Part shown: in pieces, positions 11,223-22,421 of the stretch | Position numbering within the stretch: position 1 is the first letter of the stretch | Layout of the letters: each line of letters begins with the position of its first letter | Source of the DNA: Mantamonas sphyraenae STR306 | Lineage: Eukaryota > Protista > CRuMs | DNA: 64,000 nucleotides | Assembly (NCBI GenBank): GCA_026936335.1 | Contig: JAPMXV010000005.1 | Coordinates: 336,636-400,635 of the forward strand | Direction: 5' to 3' | Notes under the pieces: generated by a model | The model's input: the letters and a program-made list of their open reading frames with translations, nothing else | Database searches by the model: none | What the model was told of the DNA's origin: nothing | Made by a program: the position numbers and the translations under genes

Positions 11223-12884
11223 TTAGTCGTGGCCACGGACGAGCGATATGGCGGTTGTATCGAACTTCATGTCAATGTCGGTGACATCAAGCTGGAGAAT
11301 GTCGGCGTTGTGAACATGGAGGAGCTCGGCGACGCTGGGATACGTGCGGCCAAGGTCACCGTGGACAAACTCTTTGATGTAGGTGCCAGCCTGGGTGCAG
11401 AGGTCGAGAATGAAAAAGTGCGAGTTGATGTACTCGCACTTTGCGCTGTAGATGGTCTTTTGGCGAGCGCCAGGGGAGCGACGGTGAAAGACACGCACTG
11501 GAGTGAGCTGGCTGACGGTGAGCTCGTCAATGGCGTCGAGGACGGCAAGGTCCGCTTGGCCAATGGGTTCGGACACCCAGACAACGCTGCGATAGTACTT
11601 GCGCTTTTCCTGCTCGCCCTGTTTGAGCACATCCTGGACGGCCTTGGAAACAAGGTCGAGCTCGTTGACTTGAATCTTGTCTGTGCTGTCGTTGATGCGC
11701 TGCTGCAGGGCTAGGATGTCTTGTTGAGTGGCGTGGACGCGCTTGGCATCCGCAATCTCCAGGACAAAGGGACGTCCGCCACCAAGCATGCGCACATCGG
11801 CATCCTCACGGCCTGCCGACTGGAAGGAGGCGGACGGTGCGCCGAAAAAGTCGAGGACGTGCAACTCGATGAGCTGGGCCACGGAGTCGGGCGCAAGGAG
11901 CCTGCCGTCGACAAACCACTCCGTCTGGGAGACGCCTCGGTCGTACTTGTTGTACAGACCGGCTATGTACAGTGGACGGCGAGAGAGGTTGAGAGCCCAG
12001 CGGGCGGGTTTTGAGGGCGCCGCCGCGGGGTAAGAGAGGTTGTCTGCATACTCCTGGACGGAGCACTGAGAAAGGATAAAGCGCACGTTGGAGGCGGAGG
12101 TGCTGCTTTTGGTGTGGTGTCTATCGCGACGCTGCTTCTTCTTTTTAGGTTCACGTGCAAGAACCTTGAGCTCTGCGCAGTCGTTCTGGTTGTCCGGGTG
12201 GGTGACCGTGAACTCGAGCACAAAGTCTGCCCCTGATTCGTGGGAGGCATGGATGTCGTGTTGACCAAAGAACGCCTCGAGCTGCTGGAGAAGCAGGTGC
12301 TTGGCGACATCCTTGATGTCCGTTGCGACTCGGCTCTGCACAACGGTGGGTTCGTCTGCATCGTCGTGCACATCTGCGTCGCTGTCTGACCTTTCATGTT
12401 TTTGTTCACTTTGCGAGGGAGAGTACGCGTAGAACAGCTTCCAGATGGCGTGCTTGGTGGCCTCGGTTTGCAGCAGATCCACAAAGGCGGCGTACTCGCG
12501 GACGAGAAGAGAGGCTGGCAGGGCGAGGGAGACATCGTAGGTTTCAAAGTCAAAGCCGCTGTCTGGCACGGTGCTGATGTGGTCGGCGACGTCTGGCTGC
12601 ATAGTCGCGAGGTGTGGCAGGATGTCGAGACACAGCGGACAAACGCCGGAGGAGTTGTTTGTGGATGAGTGGAGGGACGAAGAGGAGGAAGAAGAGGAGG
12701 AGGAGGAAGAGGAGGAGGAATTGATGCCATCGTCGTCGTTGGGGGTGTCCTGGTCGTGCTTGAGGTTGTGCGCTGCGTCGGAGTAGGTGTGCATGTCTCT
12801 GACACCCGAGTAGCGCAGAGCACACAAGGAGCAGCCGCCAATGCGGAGAATGTGCTTTTCAAGCACGTCGCTTTGGGATTGCAT
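11223..12884 (-). CDS. PUS10: tRNA pseudouridine synthase Pus10
   Basis: GLYNKYDRGVSQTEW, SAGREDADVRMLGGGRPF (catalytic Asp), QAGTYIKEFVHGDLGRT; N-terminal CxxC pairs. Start at 12884 is inferred. Confidence 0.95.
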   Translation of the reverse strand: MQSQSDVLEKHILRIGGCSLCALRYSGVRDMHTYSDAAHNLKHDQDTPNDDDGINSSSSSSSSSSSSSSSLHSSTNNSSGVCPLCLDILPHLATMQPDVADHISTVPDSGFDFETYDVSLALPASLLVREYAAFVDLLQTEATKHAIWKLFYAYSPSQSEQKHERSDSDADVHDDADEPTVVQSRVATDIKDVAKHLLLQQLEAFFGQHDIHASHESGADFVLEFTVTHPDNQNDCAELKVLAREPKKKKQRRDRHHTKSSTSASNVRFILSQCSVQEYADNLSYPAAAPSKPARWALNLSRRPLYIAGLYNKYDRGVSQTEWFVDGRLLAPDSVAQLIELHVLDFFGAPSASFQSAGREDADVRMLGGGRPFVLEIADAKRVHATQQDILALQQRINDSTDKIQVNELDLVSKAVQDVLKQGEQEKRKYYRSVVWVSEPIGQADLAVLDAIDELTVSQLTPVRVFHRRSPGARQKTIYSAKCEYINSHFFILDLCTQAGTYIKEFVHGDLGRTYPSVAELLHVHNADILQLDVTDIDMKFDTTAISLVRGHD

Positions 12885-13004
12885 GTGCAGATGGGGCTGC
12901 GCAAACAACAGAGACCGACAGGGAGGAGGGGAAGGGTTGGCGCAGAGGCCGGGCCCCGTGCTGGCCCTCTGCGGCTGGGCAACCAACAATAGAGACGGAT
13001 CAGG

Positions 13005-13859
13005 ATGTTTAAACGGGTATTGCACATCTTGCCCGTACAGCGACATGGTGCTGTTGTTTGTAGAGGCTCATCGCGAGTGCTGGAATCAGTGCAAAGAGTC
13101 CGGAGCGGAGTTGGAGGCGGCGAGGCGAGCGTTCGAGCAGCTGCAGGAGAGAGGGCGAGAGGCTTGAGAATGGACTTGCGTGCACACACCGCAGTGTGGT
13201 CTCGGCCACGTAGAGAGGGCATGGGTCTGGGATTATTTGCGGTGGAGCACAGGCAGTCGGCGGCTGTAGTTGGCAGGGCATTCTCGACGTGCCGGACCCA
13301 GTTTGCACGCGCCAAGGGGGGCAAGGGAGCAAACAAAGCAAGCCCCAAAAATGAACAGCGGCTGGTGGGAAAGGAGATTCGAGCCAAGCAGGTACGGCTG
13401 GTGGACGAGGAGGGAAGGCAACTCGGAGTGATGCCGTTGCCAGAGGCGCTGAAGGAAGGGGAAACGCGCAATCTGGACGTGGTGATGATGGTGGCCGAGG
13501 CCAAGCCGCCAGTGTGCCGGCTGATGGATTACGATCGCTTCAGGTATGCGGAGAAGCAAAAGGCGAAAAACGCCAAGACGAGCAATGCGCCGGTGTTGAA
13601 GGAGGTGCGTTTGTCTGCACGTACAGAAGAGCACGATATGATGACGAAGCTGCGTCGCATCCTGTCCTTCCTTGAAAAGAGCTACAGCGTAAAAATCTCG
13701 CTTCAGTTCCGCAGGCGGGATCCGTTCCATCCGCAGAGCGCACGAGAGATGCTGGAGTTTCTGATTGAGGAACTCCAACAGAACTTGGAGGTGGAGATTA
13801 CACAGCCAGTGCGTGTGGAGCACCGCAGTGCGAGTGTGACAGTGAGCAGGGCAAAATGA
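13005..13859 (+). CDS. infC: Bacterial-type translation initiation factor IF3, probably mitochondrial
   Basis: EIRAKQVRLVDEEGRQLGVM, PPVCRLMDY, KEVRLS...EHD match IF3 N and C domains; long Arg-rich N-terminal extension consistent with a presequence. Confidence 0.88.
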   Translation: MFKRVLHILPVQRHGAVVCRGSSRVLESVQRVRSGVGGGEASVRAAAGERARGLRMDLRAHTAVWSRPRREGMGLGLFAVEHRQSAAVVGRAFSTCRTQFARAKGGKGANKASPKNEQRLVGKEIRAKQVRLVDEEGRQLGVMPLPEALKEGETRNLDVVMMVAEAKPPVCRLMDYDRFRYAEKQKAKNAKTSNAPVLKEVRLSARTEEHDMMTKLRRILSFLEKSYSVKISLQFRRRDPFHPQSAREMLEFLIEELQQNLEVEITQPVRVEHRSASVTVSRAK

Positions 13860-13869
13860 ACTGGGTTCT

Positions 13870-16800
13870 TCATTGGAGAACACATTCGGCGCCCTCATCC
13901 GCGCTCTGACCAGAGGAGGCGGAGGTAGAAGAGGATTCGAGAGGTCTCTGGGCGTCCAGATTGAGGTACTGAAGCTGTTCACCCATTGTGTCGCGCAGCT
14001 CGTGCTGCTCTGTGTCATCCATGCAGTTTTCGGCGAGGTCGAGCGTGACGAGCTTGGTGAGAGTGCGCAGCTCGTCGTGGTCCAGAACTCGAAGCTGGTT
14101 CTTGCTGAGCAATAGGTGTTCGAGCTGGCACTCTTCTTCGGGCGGAAAGTACCCCGAGAAGAACGTAAACTTGTTTGCACTGAGATCGAGACGAGTCAGG
14201 GATGTGAGGCCGCGGATCTCTGGAGGAAGGGTGGAGATTTCGTTGTGGTGGAGGCTTAGGAGCTTGAGACGACCCATGCCTGCAAGGGCGTCACCAGAAA
14301 TCTCGGCAATGTGGTTGTGAGACATGGTGAGAGACTTGAGGCGGAGGCGGCCGAGGACCGGGGGAACGAGTGCAAAGCGGTTGTGACTGAGGTTGAGTTC
14401 GGTGAGGCGGGCCCAGCTGTTCTTGAGCAGGAGGGAGGGCAGGCTGTGGAGGCTGTTCTTGCGCACATCCAGTACAGTGAGGCGGGTGAGCGTAGTGAGA
14501 GCGTCCGGGAGAGACTCGAGCATGTTGTTGCCCACATTGAGGGTCTTGAGGGAGCGCCACACCTGAACGTTGTCCTCCAAGTGTGTGAGTTCGTTGTCAC
14601 TGAGGTCAAGAGCCTGCATGGCCTGCGAGGTCCACTCGTTGTCCTGGTAGAGCGGATCTGGCAAGTCCATGGCGTGGCGACCGCTGAGATCGACGGAGCT
14701 TGCTGTGCTGGCCATGGCCTGAGCCACCTCCTGGGCAAGGACCACACGGACCTGGTACATGCGTCGCATGTAGTCGACGAGGTATTGTGCCTCCTGGCAG
14801 AGGGAGAGCTCGTCAGCCGGCGGGAAGGAGATCGGATTGAGGTCGAAACGGCAAACAGCAAGGTCCTCGAGGGCGTGCAGAGACAGAGGAAGCTCCTGGA
14901 GGCGATTGTCTTGCAATAGAAGGTGCGTGAGTCGTACGCAGCCTTGGAGCTCGTCTCCGATGCTTGTGATCTTGTTTGCAGTGAGATCGAGCTGCTGCAG
15001 GTTGGACATGCGGCCCAGCTCAAACGGAAGGGACTGGAGCTGGTTTCCAGCGAGCCCGAGGTACTTGAGGCGAGCGAGCTCTGTGACCGAGACGGGAAAG
15101 GAGGAAAATTGGTTGCCAAGGAGTTCGAGGCGCTTGAGATTCGGTGGAAGACCGACGGGCAGCTGTGAGAGGATGTTGTTGCTGAGATCAAGGGTGCTGA
15201 GACGCTTGAGGGCATACATGCTGTCGGGAATGGAGGAAATCATGTTGAAATCGGCCTGGAGAGTCTTGAGGGAGGTGGCGTCGCCGATGGCTTCTGGCAG
15301 GCGCATGAGCTTGTTGTGGGAGGCGTAGAATGTCTTGAGACGAGCAAGGGACCCTACACCTGTGCCAAGGGAGCGGATGTCGTTGAAGCTGACGTCGATG
15401 TGAGTGAGGGCTGCGAGCTCGCCGTAGTGCGGATGAAGGTCGAGGAGAATGTTGTTGCTGAGATCGAGGGAGGTAAGAGTGTCCTTGAAATCAAGGAGAA
15501 TGTCGGGCATTGCGCCGAGGTGTGTGTAGGAGTAGTCGAGGGAGCGCAGGTGTTCCTGGCGCTCGCGAGCCTTGAGGAGGTACTTGCGCATGTCGTCGGC
15601 TTTTTGGATGAGGCCCGGCTGAACTTCGTCCTTAAGGGACTTGAACGTCTGTGACTGCACCGAAGATGGAGGCGGGGAGGGTTGTGAGGCGTCGGAGGAG
15701 GTGGTGGAAGAGGTCGTGGATGCGGCGGAGAACGAGGAGGAAGATGTCTGCGTCGGAGATGGCGGAGAGATACCGAATGCGGAGATGTCTGTGGTATCTG
15801 CTTGCTGTTCTTCGTCTTGTGTGTCTTCCTGATCCTGCTCTTGAAGCTGAGCAAGTAGCATCTGCTGAGTTTGCTGGCGGGTGCGCCTACGCACGCGCTG
15901 ATCTTCAGAAGGGCGGTCCATCTGCGTGAGAGTGGTCTTTTTCACGGCTTGGAGCTGCTGCTGGCGCTTGCGCTGCTTGAGTTTGCCCTCTCTGGAGTTT
16001 ACGCCGAGTTGCTGCTTCTTCTTCCAGGAGCGGGTTGTCTTTTCCTCGTCAGGGGCAATCTCCCAGCCGACCTTGCAATCGATTGGGAGACGATCGAGGC
16101 AATCCTTGTGTGAGACGGCCTCGCAGACTTTGCACTGCTGGATGACTACGGTGACGTCACGTCCGCAGACTTCGCACTGAGCAGAGCCGATGATGGTGCG
16201 CTGGACCATGGTGTGGGGCTTTCCGCTGACGGACTTGTCAGGCTTGAGCTCGAGAGCGGTGAGGGCCTTTTGGGCCTCTGTACACATGGAGTACCAGCGA
16301 GACATGGACTGCGAGTCATCGGCGACCATGTAGAAGGGAGTGTGGCGCGGATGGGAAATGACGAGGGCGTAGTTGCGGTCAACTTCGTCGAGGGAGGCAA
16401 TGTCGACATGGCAGCCAAGGAGGTAGACGCGAGAGAGCGGGTTCATGTCCTCTTCGTTGTCAAAGACGGTGAGAGAGGCGTCGCCGGTGAGTACAAGGTG
16501 GCTGGACTCCCATTTGCCGTTGACCTGGGCCAGAATGTGACCCTTGCGCAGGACTTGCGACGTCTTCCAGCCTGTGTTGGCAAAGATGCGTGCCTGTTTG
16601 GTCTTGTTGATCTCTCTATCCTCCTGCAGGCGCGCTTCGTTGAGGGTGAGCATGTCGCGCTGGTGTTGGATGGAGCGCAGGAGGCAGACGTGCCATTGGT
16701 CGATGACGGAAGGGTCGTCTGCGTGTAGGGTGATGCCGTGGCCAGAGGAAACCTCAAGGCGGAGAGATGACATGGAATTGTGATTGTTGGAGGAGGAAGA

Positions 16801-17924
16801 GGAAGAAGAAGAGGAGGGTTTGGGGCGTGCAATGTGTGTGACAGAAACGGTTGCGGTTGCAGTGAGGGCAAGCTCGTCGATGGGTTTGTCGAGCGAAGTG
16901 GGAGCGTAAGTGAGGGTATCGCGCTTGAGGGAGACAAACATGGGAGTGGGTTCGGTGATGGAGGGTGGGTCAGACACGAGGAGGGTGTCCGTTCGCGAGC
17001 GGCGCTCTGGGTCGTCAGCGATGCCCAGGCGTTCCTCCTCCTTCTTGGCGACAGATTCAAGGTATTCGACAATCGCTGGGATGGATCGTTTCTGGATCTG
17101 CAGTTGGGATATGAGGGGAAGATGTGTGTGAGTGCGAGAGAGAGAGAGAGCGCGGGGAAAGAGCAGACACCAAATGGTCCTGCAGCTCAGCCCCAACAAG
17201 AGACAAATGGAACGGGGTGGTAATCGCAGCAGCAGCAGCAATGGATGACACGTACGTCAGAGGGGACTGCAGGCTTGTTGCCCTTGAAGGAAAATTCGAC
17301 CTGAGAGCGCATTGAGACAAAATCGGCAGGGAGGAAGCGGATGCTGTTGTAGGAGGCGTCGAGGACAGCGAGATCAGGGAGGGAAGAGAGATCGTAGGGA
17401 AGCTCATGGAGCTTGTTCTTCTGAACGTAGAGCTGCTGGAGGGAGACCATGTTTGCGAGCGAGTCCGGCAAGGAGGCAAGTCGGTTTCGGTCGAGGGAAA
17501 GGAATTGGAGATTTGTGAGGGCGCCAAGGTTGTCCGGGAGAGAGGATAGGTTGTTGTAGGAGAGGGAAAGGTGTGTGAGGGAAACGCAGTCACCGAGGTC
17601 GGGCGGGAGGATTGCAAAGTTGTTTCGCTGGAGGTCGAGGTAGACGAGGTTGGACAGAGAAACAATGGTGGGCGGGAGGGTTTCGAGCTGGTTGGAGGCA
17701 AGGCGGAGCTCGGTGAGGTTTGCGAGCTTGTCGATGGCCGGAGAGACGGTTTGGATGGCATTTGCGTTGAGATCAAGTTTGGTGAGGCCTTTCAGAGCCA
17801 TGATGCTCCAGTGGATTTCCTTCATGACAAATTGGTCGTGGAGGACGAGCTCGTTGGTTTCGCGGGCCGCAGAGATGGCTTTGCGGAGCTCGAGAAGGTA
17901 GTTCTTCTGGTAGACGAGATCCAT
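13870..17924 (-). CDS. LRR-PH-PH-C1-LRR protein, 2 exons (17924-17256, 17097-13870), ~1298 aa
   Basis: Many LxxLxLxxNxLxxLP repeats; PH-like segments (SVIDQWHVCL, SMSRWYSM); C1-like H...CEVC...CKVC...H..C...C. Intron 17255-17098 (GTACGT...CAG) is in frame. Confidence 0.85.
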
Positions 17925-18063
17925 GGCGTCGAACGGGCAGATGTACAGAAGAAGAAAGAGGAACAAGGAGAATCGTTGGCAAAGAGAGGGCAAGGAAGTG
18001 ACAGGCGGGAGAGATGGCTGGCAGACGGCGGCGCCGGCGCAGACAGCCGATCCAAACAAACAC

Positions 18064-20252
18064 ATGGCCACCACGTCGTACAGGCAGGCAGTGCTGAGTG
18101 TGTTTCTGGTTGTATGCTGCGTGGTGGTGGTGGGCAACGTGGTGTACCATACCGTAAGGCGAGGCCGCAGAAAGATCGTGCGGGAGGAGGTGATTGGAGG
18201 AGGATGGGGAAGTGGGGCTGGGAATGGAAGCACGCCGACAGCACCAAGCACGGGGCCTAGCGAAGGTCAGGAGGAGGATGGAGACGAGAGGAAGAGTGAA
18301 GAGGAGGGGAAGGATGGCGACCAGCAAGATTCAAACGACGGTGATGGGAATGTGGGACACGAGGAGGAGAAAGGTGGCGTGCGGGCAGCGACAGGGGTGC
18401 GGACGTGTTCGGCAGCGGAAACGAGGGCATACGACAGCGCAACAAGGACTCACTTCAACGGGATCCAGCTTCCGGATGAGTGGCCACCAAGGGGGTACAG
18501 CAGCGAGAAGGATCTGCAGTCTGCCTCGCGTGTGCACCCTGAGCCGCCGTACCTGAGTTCGTTGCCAGCCGTGATTGGGATCACGGTGGGACGGCAGCTG
18601 TTTGTGGACGGTTTCTTGGTCGCAGGGGCAACGGGAGTCACACACTCCTATCACGCAGCGGAGTACGTGTCCCAGGATGGATCTGTGGTCCACGCAGACA
18701 AGGCGTGGGAGCGCGGGGAGCTGATGGGCCAAAAGTTCTTTTTTGCCGAGCCAGCCTGGGACAATGTGGTGTGGATGCCCGAGGAGAAGCGTGTACGTGA
18801 CGAGACAATCACATGACATCAGAGAGAGAGGTGAGTGGGCTAGAGATGGCGACGACTGACACGTGTGTGACCGTACAGTACCGGGCGTACTACAAGTGCG
18901 GGGTGGAGCCAGCACGGACGTGTTTGGCGTACACAGAGGACATCACAAAGGCATGGGTCAAAGCCGAATTGCCGGACGATACGCACGGTAGCAGCAACAT
19001 CGTGCGGGTGCCGTACGGGAACCAGAGAGCAAGCTCGCTGATCCGATTCCACGATGCGCCGTCCGAGGACATGACGTGGATGCTGTTTGAGTGGAGAGAG
19101 GGCAACATGCAGCAAGGAGACGAGATGTTGACAGTATGGAAGAGCAAGACAGGAGTGCGAGACTGGGTCAAGATTGCGGACAAGGGCCAAATTGCAGGCG
19201 ACGGGAACGTGGTATTTTACAATCCGTGGCGAAAGACATGGACATACTCGCTGCGAGAGAACATGTGCAACAAGCTGCGCATTCGCAGGTACTTTGAGAC
19301 AGAGTCGTGGGACGAGGCGTACGCACGGTACTTTGCTGCTTTCAACGCATGCAATCCATGGAAGGAGGGCCAGCCGGTGTACTGGTTGGGCGGCGACTCG
19401 AAGGACCCGCCGAACAGGACTGGCGATAGACCTCTGGCAGGCGTGTACTATGTGTTTGGCGTCGGGTACGAATCGATCCTGTTTATGCCGCTGGGCATTT
19501 ACACGGGCCATCCTCCAGAGTGGAGCCACCATGTAGGTTTGGTGCGATGGGAGAAGAATCCGGGTGAGCGGACGAGGAGAACTGACTCACATGTGATGCA
19601 GGACAAAGGAGTGCACGTAAGCGCTGGGTTCTCTCGCGACGGATTCCATATCTACCGTCCAGATGACAGGACACCGCTGGTGGGTGACTTGCCGGACTTT
19701 CTGTATCTTTTGCTTCACAATTCGGTGATGCACATCCAAGACGAGACGCTGTACTTTGTCGTGGCCGGGAGACACCGATCCAAGCCCGTGAACGGGGTGG
19801 AGGAGGCGCGCTCGAGAGTGCTGGTGGCGAAGCTGCGCCGGGACGGGTTTGCGAGCTGGAAGAACGAGGGGGAGGGGGGCGGGCTTGTGGAATCGCGCTG
19901 GGTGCGCTTCTGTGGAGGCTACTTCTTTTTCAACGGACGAGGCTTCCGCGACGAGAGTGAGTTTCGGGTGGATCTGATTGTTCGGGATGACGCGGATTTG
20001 GCAAAGGAACACAGGGTGAGCAGCGTGACGTTGAAGGGTCAAGTGGACTCGACAAAGCACAGGCTGGAGTGGCCAGACGATGCAGTGGGACGCACACAGC
20101 TGGCAGCGTATGCTGGCGAACCGGTGCGCTTCGACTTTCACCTGAAGCATTTTGAACTCTTTTCATTCTGGGTCAGTGACGACGAGGGAGGACGGTCGTA
20201 TGGATGGGTAGCTGGAGGGGGGCCTGCGTATGATGGGCCACGGGATGTGTGA
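18064..20252 (+). CDS. Signal-anchored putative beta-propeller glycoside hydrolase of bacterial type; introns 18793-18878 and probably 19533-19601
   Basis: N-terminal hydrophobic anchor; GRQLFVD, FSRDGFH, LRRDGFAS and LFSFWVS...GWVAGGGP recall a bacterial GH32/43-like propeller family. Both introns have GT..CTGAC..CAG. Confidence 0.6.
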
Positions 20253-20261
20253 TTTGTGAAA

Positions 20262-22409
20262 ATGAATGCGCGGCGTTTGGCAAGAAAAATGGACCCCGTT
20301 TCTTCCCGGCGAGATGACCATGGCCATGACCATGACCAAGGAAGCAGCTCGTCTGCGACGAGCGAGCAGCAGCAGCTGTTGCTAGAGGTGCAGTTGGACC
20401 GTGCAACGGAGGAGGAGATGAGGCGTATGTCGTCGCGCGGGTCGCTGGCAGGGGAATCGGTGGTGAGCGATTTGGACGGGGACAACTGGATGCGGAAACT
20501 TGGACGGCGTTGGAAGCTGATTGTCAGGGTGCTGGTGGCTCTGACGGGCGTGACGGTGCTCTCTATGAACGGGGTGGAGAGCTGGGGCATGTGGGACCAG
20601 ACAAACGCGTCGGAGTGGACCATCATCGTGGTTGTGGCGCTGCTTTCGTGGCCGCTGTGGCGTGCGGTTGTTCTGCGCTTGTTCAGCGTGGCCAAGCGAG
20701 GAGTCATCGAGGGAGAGCTAAACCGAGTGGGCTTCTTGTCTCTATACATCGACCAAAAGACGGCGAATCTGTTGTCAACCATCAGTATCTTTGCCACGTG
20801 GGGCCTTTGCTACCGAGGTGCGTATCTTTGGTTCGTGCAGCCGCTGCTAATTGTGGCCGTGACGGCCCAGGGGTTTTCGTTGTTGATCACCAGCGCGGTG
20901 CGACTGTTTGAGGCATCGTTCCAAGTCGAGCAGTTCATGGAATCCATGCAGCAGGCCATGTTTGTGGAGAACGTGCTTGCGACCATGGTGCGCGGACGCA
21001 ACGTTGGCAACAGCATGCACGCGACGGCGTCGTTCATCGACATGATGTCGACGCTAAAGACGTACAAACTACGTGCCGGCAGCAACGGACTGGACGTGTC
21101 GTCGTCGCACGAGGCAAACGAGCTCGGGGCAAAGATTTTCAACCAGCACTGCAGGCGGCGCCACAACACACGTCGCATTGCGGGAACCCGGCATGCGGCA
21201 TCATCGTCGTCCTCAACCCCCGCCAAGAGCAATGCGCCTTCGACTGCGGCGCCAGCTGTCTTGGTGGAGGCTGGAGAGGGAACGCGAGACGGAGGGTCTT
21301 CGGATTCACAGTCGCGCGAGTCGGATGAGATGAGACGCACCCTGCCACGGGCTGTGTTTGATCGTCTGTTTGAAGAGGACGAGGTGAGCGACCCTGTGAC
21401 AAAGGCAGTGGATGCAGGTCCAGGAGAAGCAGCGAACAACCAAGCGGTGACCTCGGTGGCGGATCGAGCGTTTGCGCTGTTTGACCTGCACAAGGACGGC
21501 GTGGTGACAAAGCAGGTGTGTTGTGACGCAGTAGTGGCCATGTACCGGCAGCGGCGCAACCTGGCGTTGACGCTTGCGAATCACGACGGCATCTTTCTTG
21601 GGCTGGAGCGTGTGCTGCACGGGTTCTCGTTGCTGCCCATGGTGTTTATTAGCGCGCTTGTGTTTGGACAGGACGCGACGGCGACTACGGTGGCATTTTC
21701 GTCTCTCCTGCTCAGTGGCACGTTTGTGTTTGGCAACATGTTGAGCACGCTGTTTGAGGACCTGGTGTTCATCCTGCTGACGCGTCCGTTTGTGGTGGGC
21801 GACCGTGTGCACCTGGAGCTGCTGCCACACGCGATTGTGCACCGTATCTCACTGCAGACGACGGAGCTGCGAGCATGGGATGGGCGGCAGTTGCGGTTCA
21901 CAAACCGCGCCCTTCGCAATATGATGCTTGTGAACGGAAACGACGGAGGCAAGATTGTATTTTTGACCACAATGCAGGTGGCGGCACAGACGACGTCGAT
22001 GCAGTTCCACCAGATCGAACCGCGGCTGCAGGAATGGACCAACGCAAACCCGAGGGATTTCGAGCCAGGAACACGAGCCAAGGTAGTGATCTCACTGATG
22101 TCAGGCACACGGGCAGAAATCTTGGTTATTGTGACGGGCACAATGACGTGGCAGGAACCAGGGCGACGTAGCGACATTCAGACGCGTGTGCAGCTGAAGC
22201 TCCTGCAGATCTTCCGCGACCTGGGTATCCGGCTGTGGACGGAACAGCGTGTGGTGGCAATGTCAGAGGGGCCAGAAAGGCCCCAGGTGATAGGTCGCAT
22301 CCAGTTTGACGCAGTGCAAGAGGCGCAGCACAGTGTGTCGCAGGACGGGCGTGTGGTTACGTTGGGAGCTGCACACGAGAGTTTGATTGCATGGGAACCG
22401 GTAATGTAG
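20262..22409 (+). CDS. MscS-like mechanosensitive channel with EF-hand (Msy1/MSL type)
   Basis: Several TM helices, EF-hand-like FALFDLHKDGVVT, and FILLTRPFVVGDRV matching the MscS signature PFxVGDRV. Confidence 0.88.
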   Translation: MNARRLARKMDPVSSRRDDHGHDHDQGSSSSATSEQQQLLLEVQLDRATEEEMRRMSSRGSLAGESVVSDLDGDNWMRKLGRRWKLIVRVLVALTGVTVLSMNGVESWGMWDQTNASEWTIIVVVALLSWPLWRAVVLRLFSVAKRGVIEGELNRVGFLSLYIDQKTANLLSTISIFATWGLCYRGAYLWFVQPLLIVAVTAQGFSLLITSAVRLFEASFQVEQFMESMQQAMFVENVLATMVRGRNVGNSMHATASFIDMMSTLKTYKLRAGSNGLDVSSSHEANELGAKIFNQHCRRRHNTRRIAGTRHAASSSSSTPAKSNAPSTAAPAVLVEAGEGTRDGGSSDSQSRESDEMRRTLPRAVFDRLFEEDEVSDPVTKAVDAGPGEAANNQAVTSVADRAFALFDLHKDGVVTKQVCCDAVVAMYRQRRNLALTLANHDGIFLGLERVLHGFSLLPMVFISALVFGQDATATTVAFSSLLLSGTFVFGNMLSTLFEDLVFILLTRPFVVGDRVHLELLPHAIVHRISLQTTELRAWDGRQLRFTNRALRNMMLVNGNDGGKIVFLTTMQVAAQTTSMQFHQIEPRLQEWTNANPRDFEPGTRAKVVISLMSGTRAEILVIVTGTMTWQEPGRRSDIQTRVQLKLLQIFRDLGIRLWTEQRVVAMSEGPERPQVIGRIQFDAVQEAQHSVSQDGRVVTLGAAHESLIAWEPVM

Positions 22410-22421
22410 CTTCGTTTGTGG

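Noticed and set aside
13045-13167. 40-aa ORF (MVLLFVEAHREC...) between PUS10 and the IF3 core
   Set aside because: It lies within the likely IF3 presequence in another frame and has no independent support.
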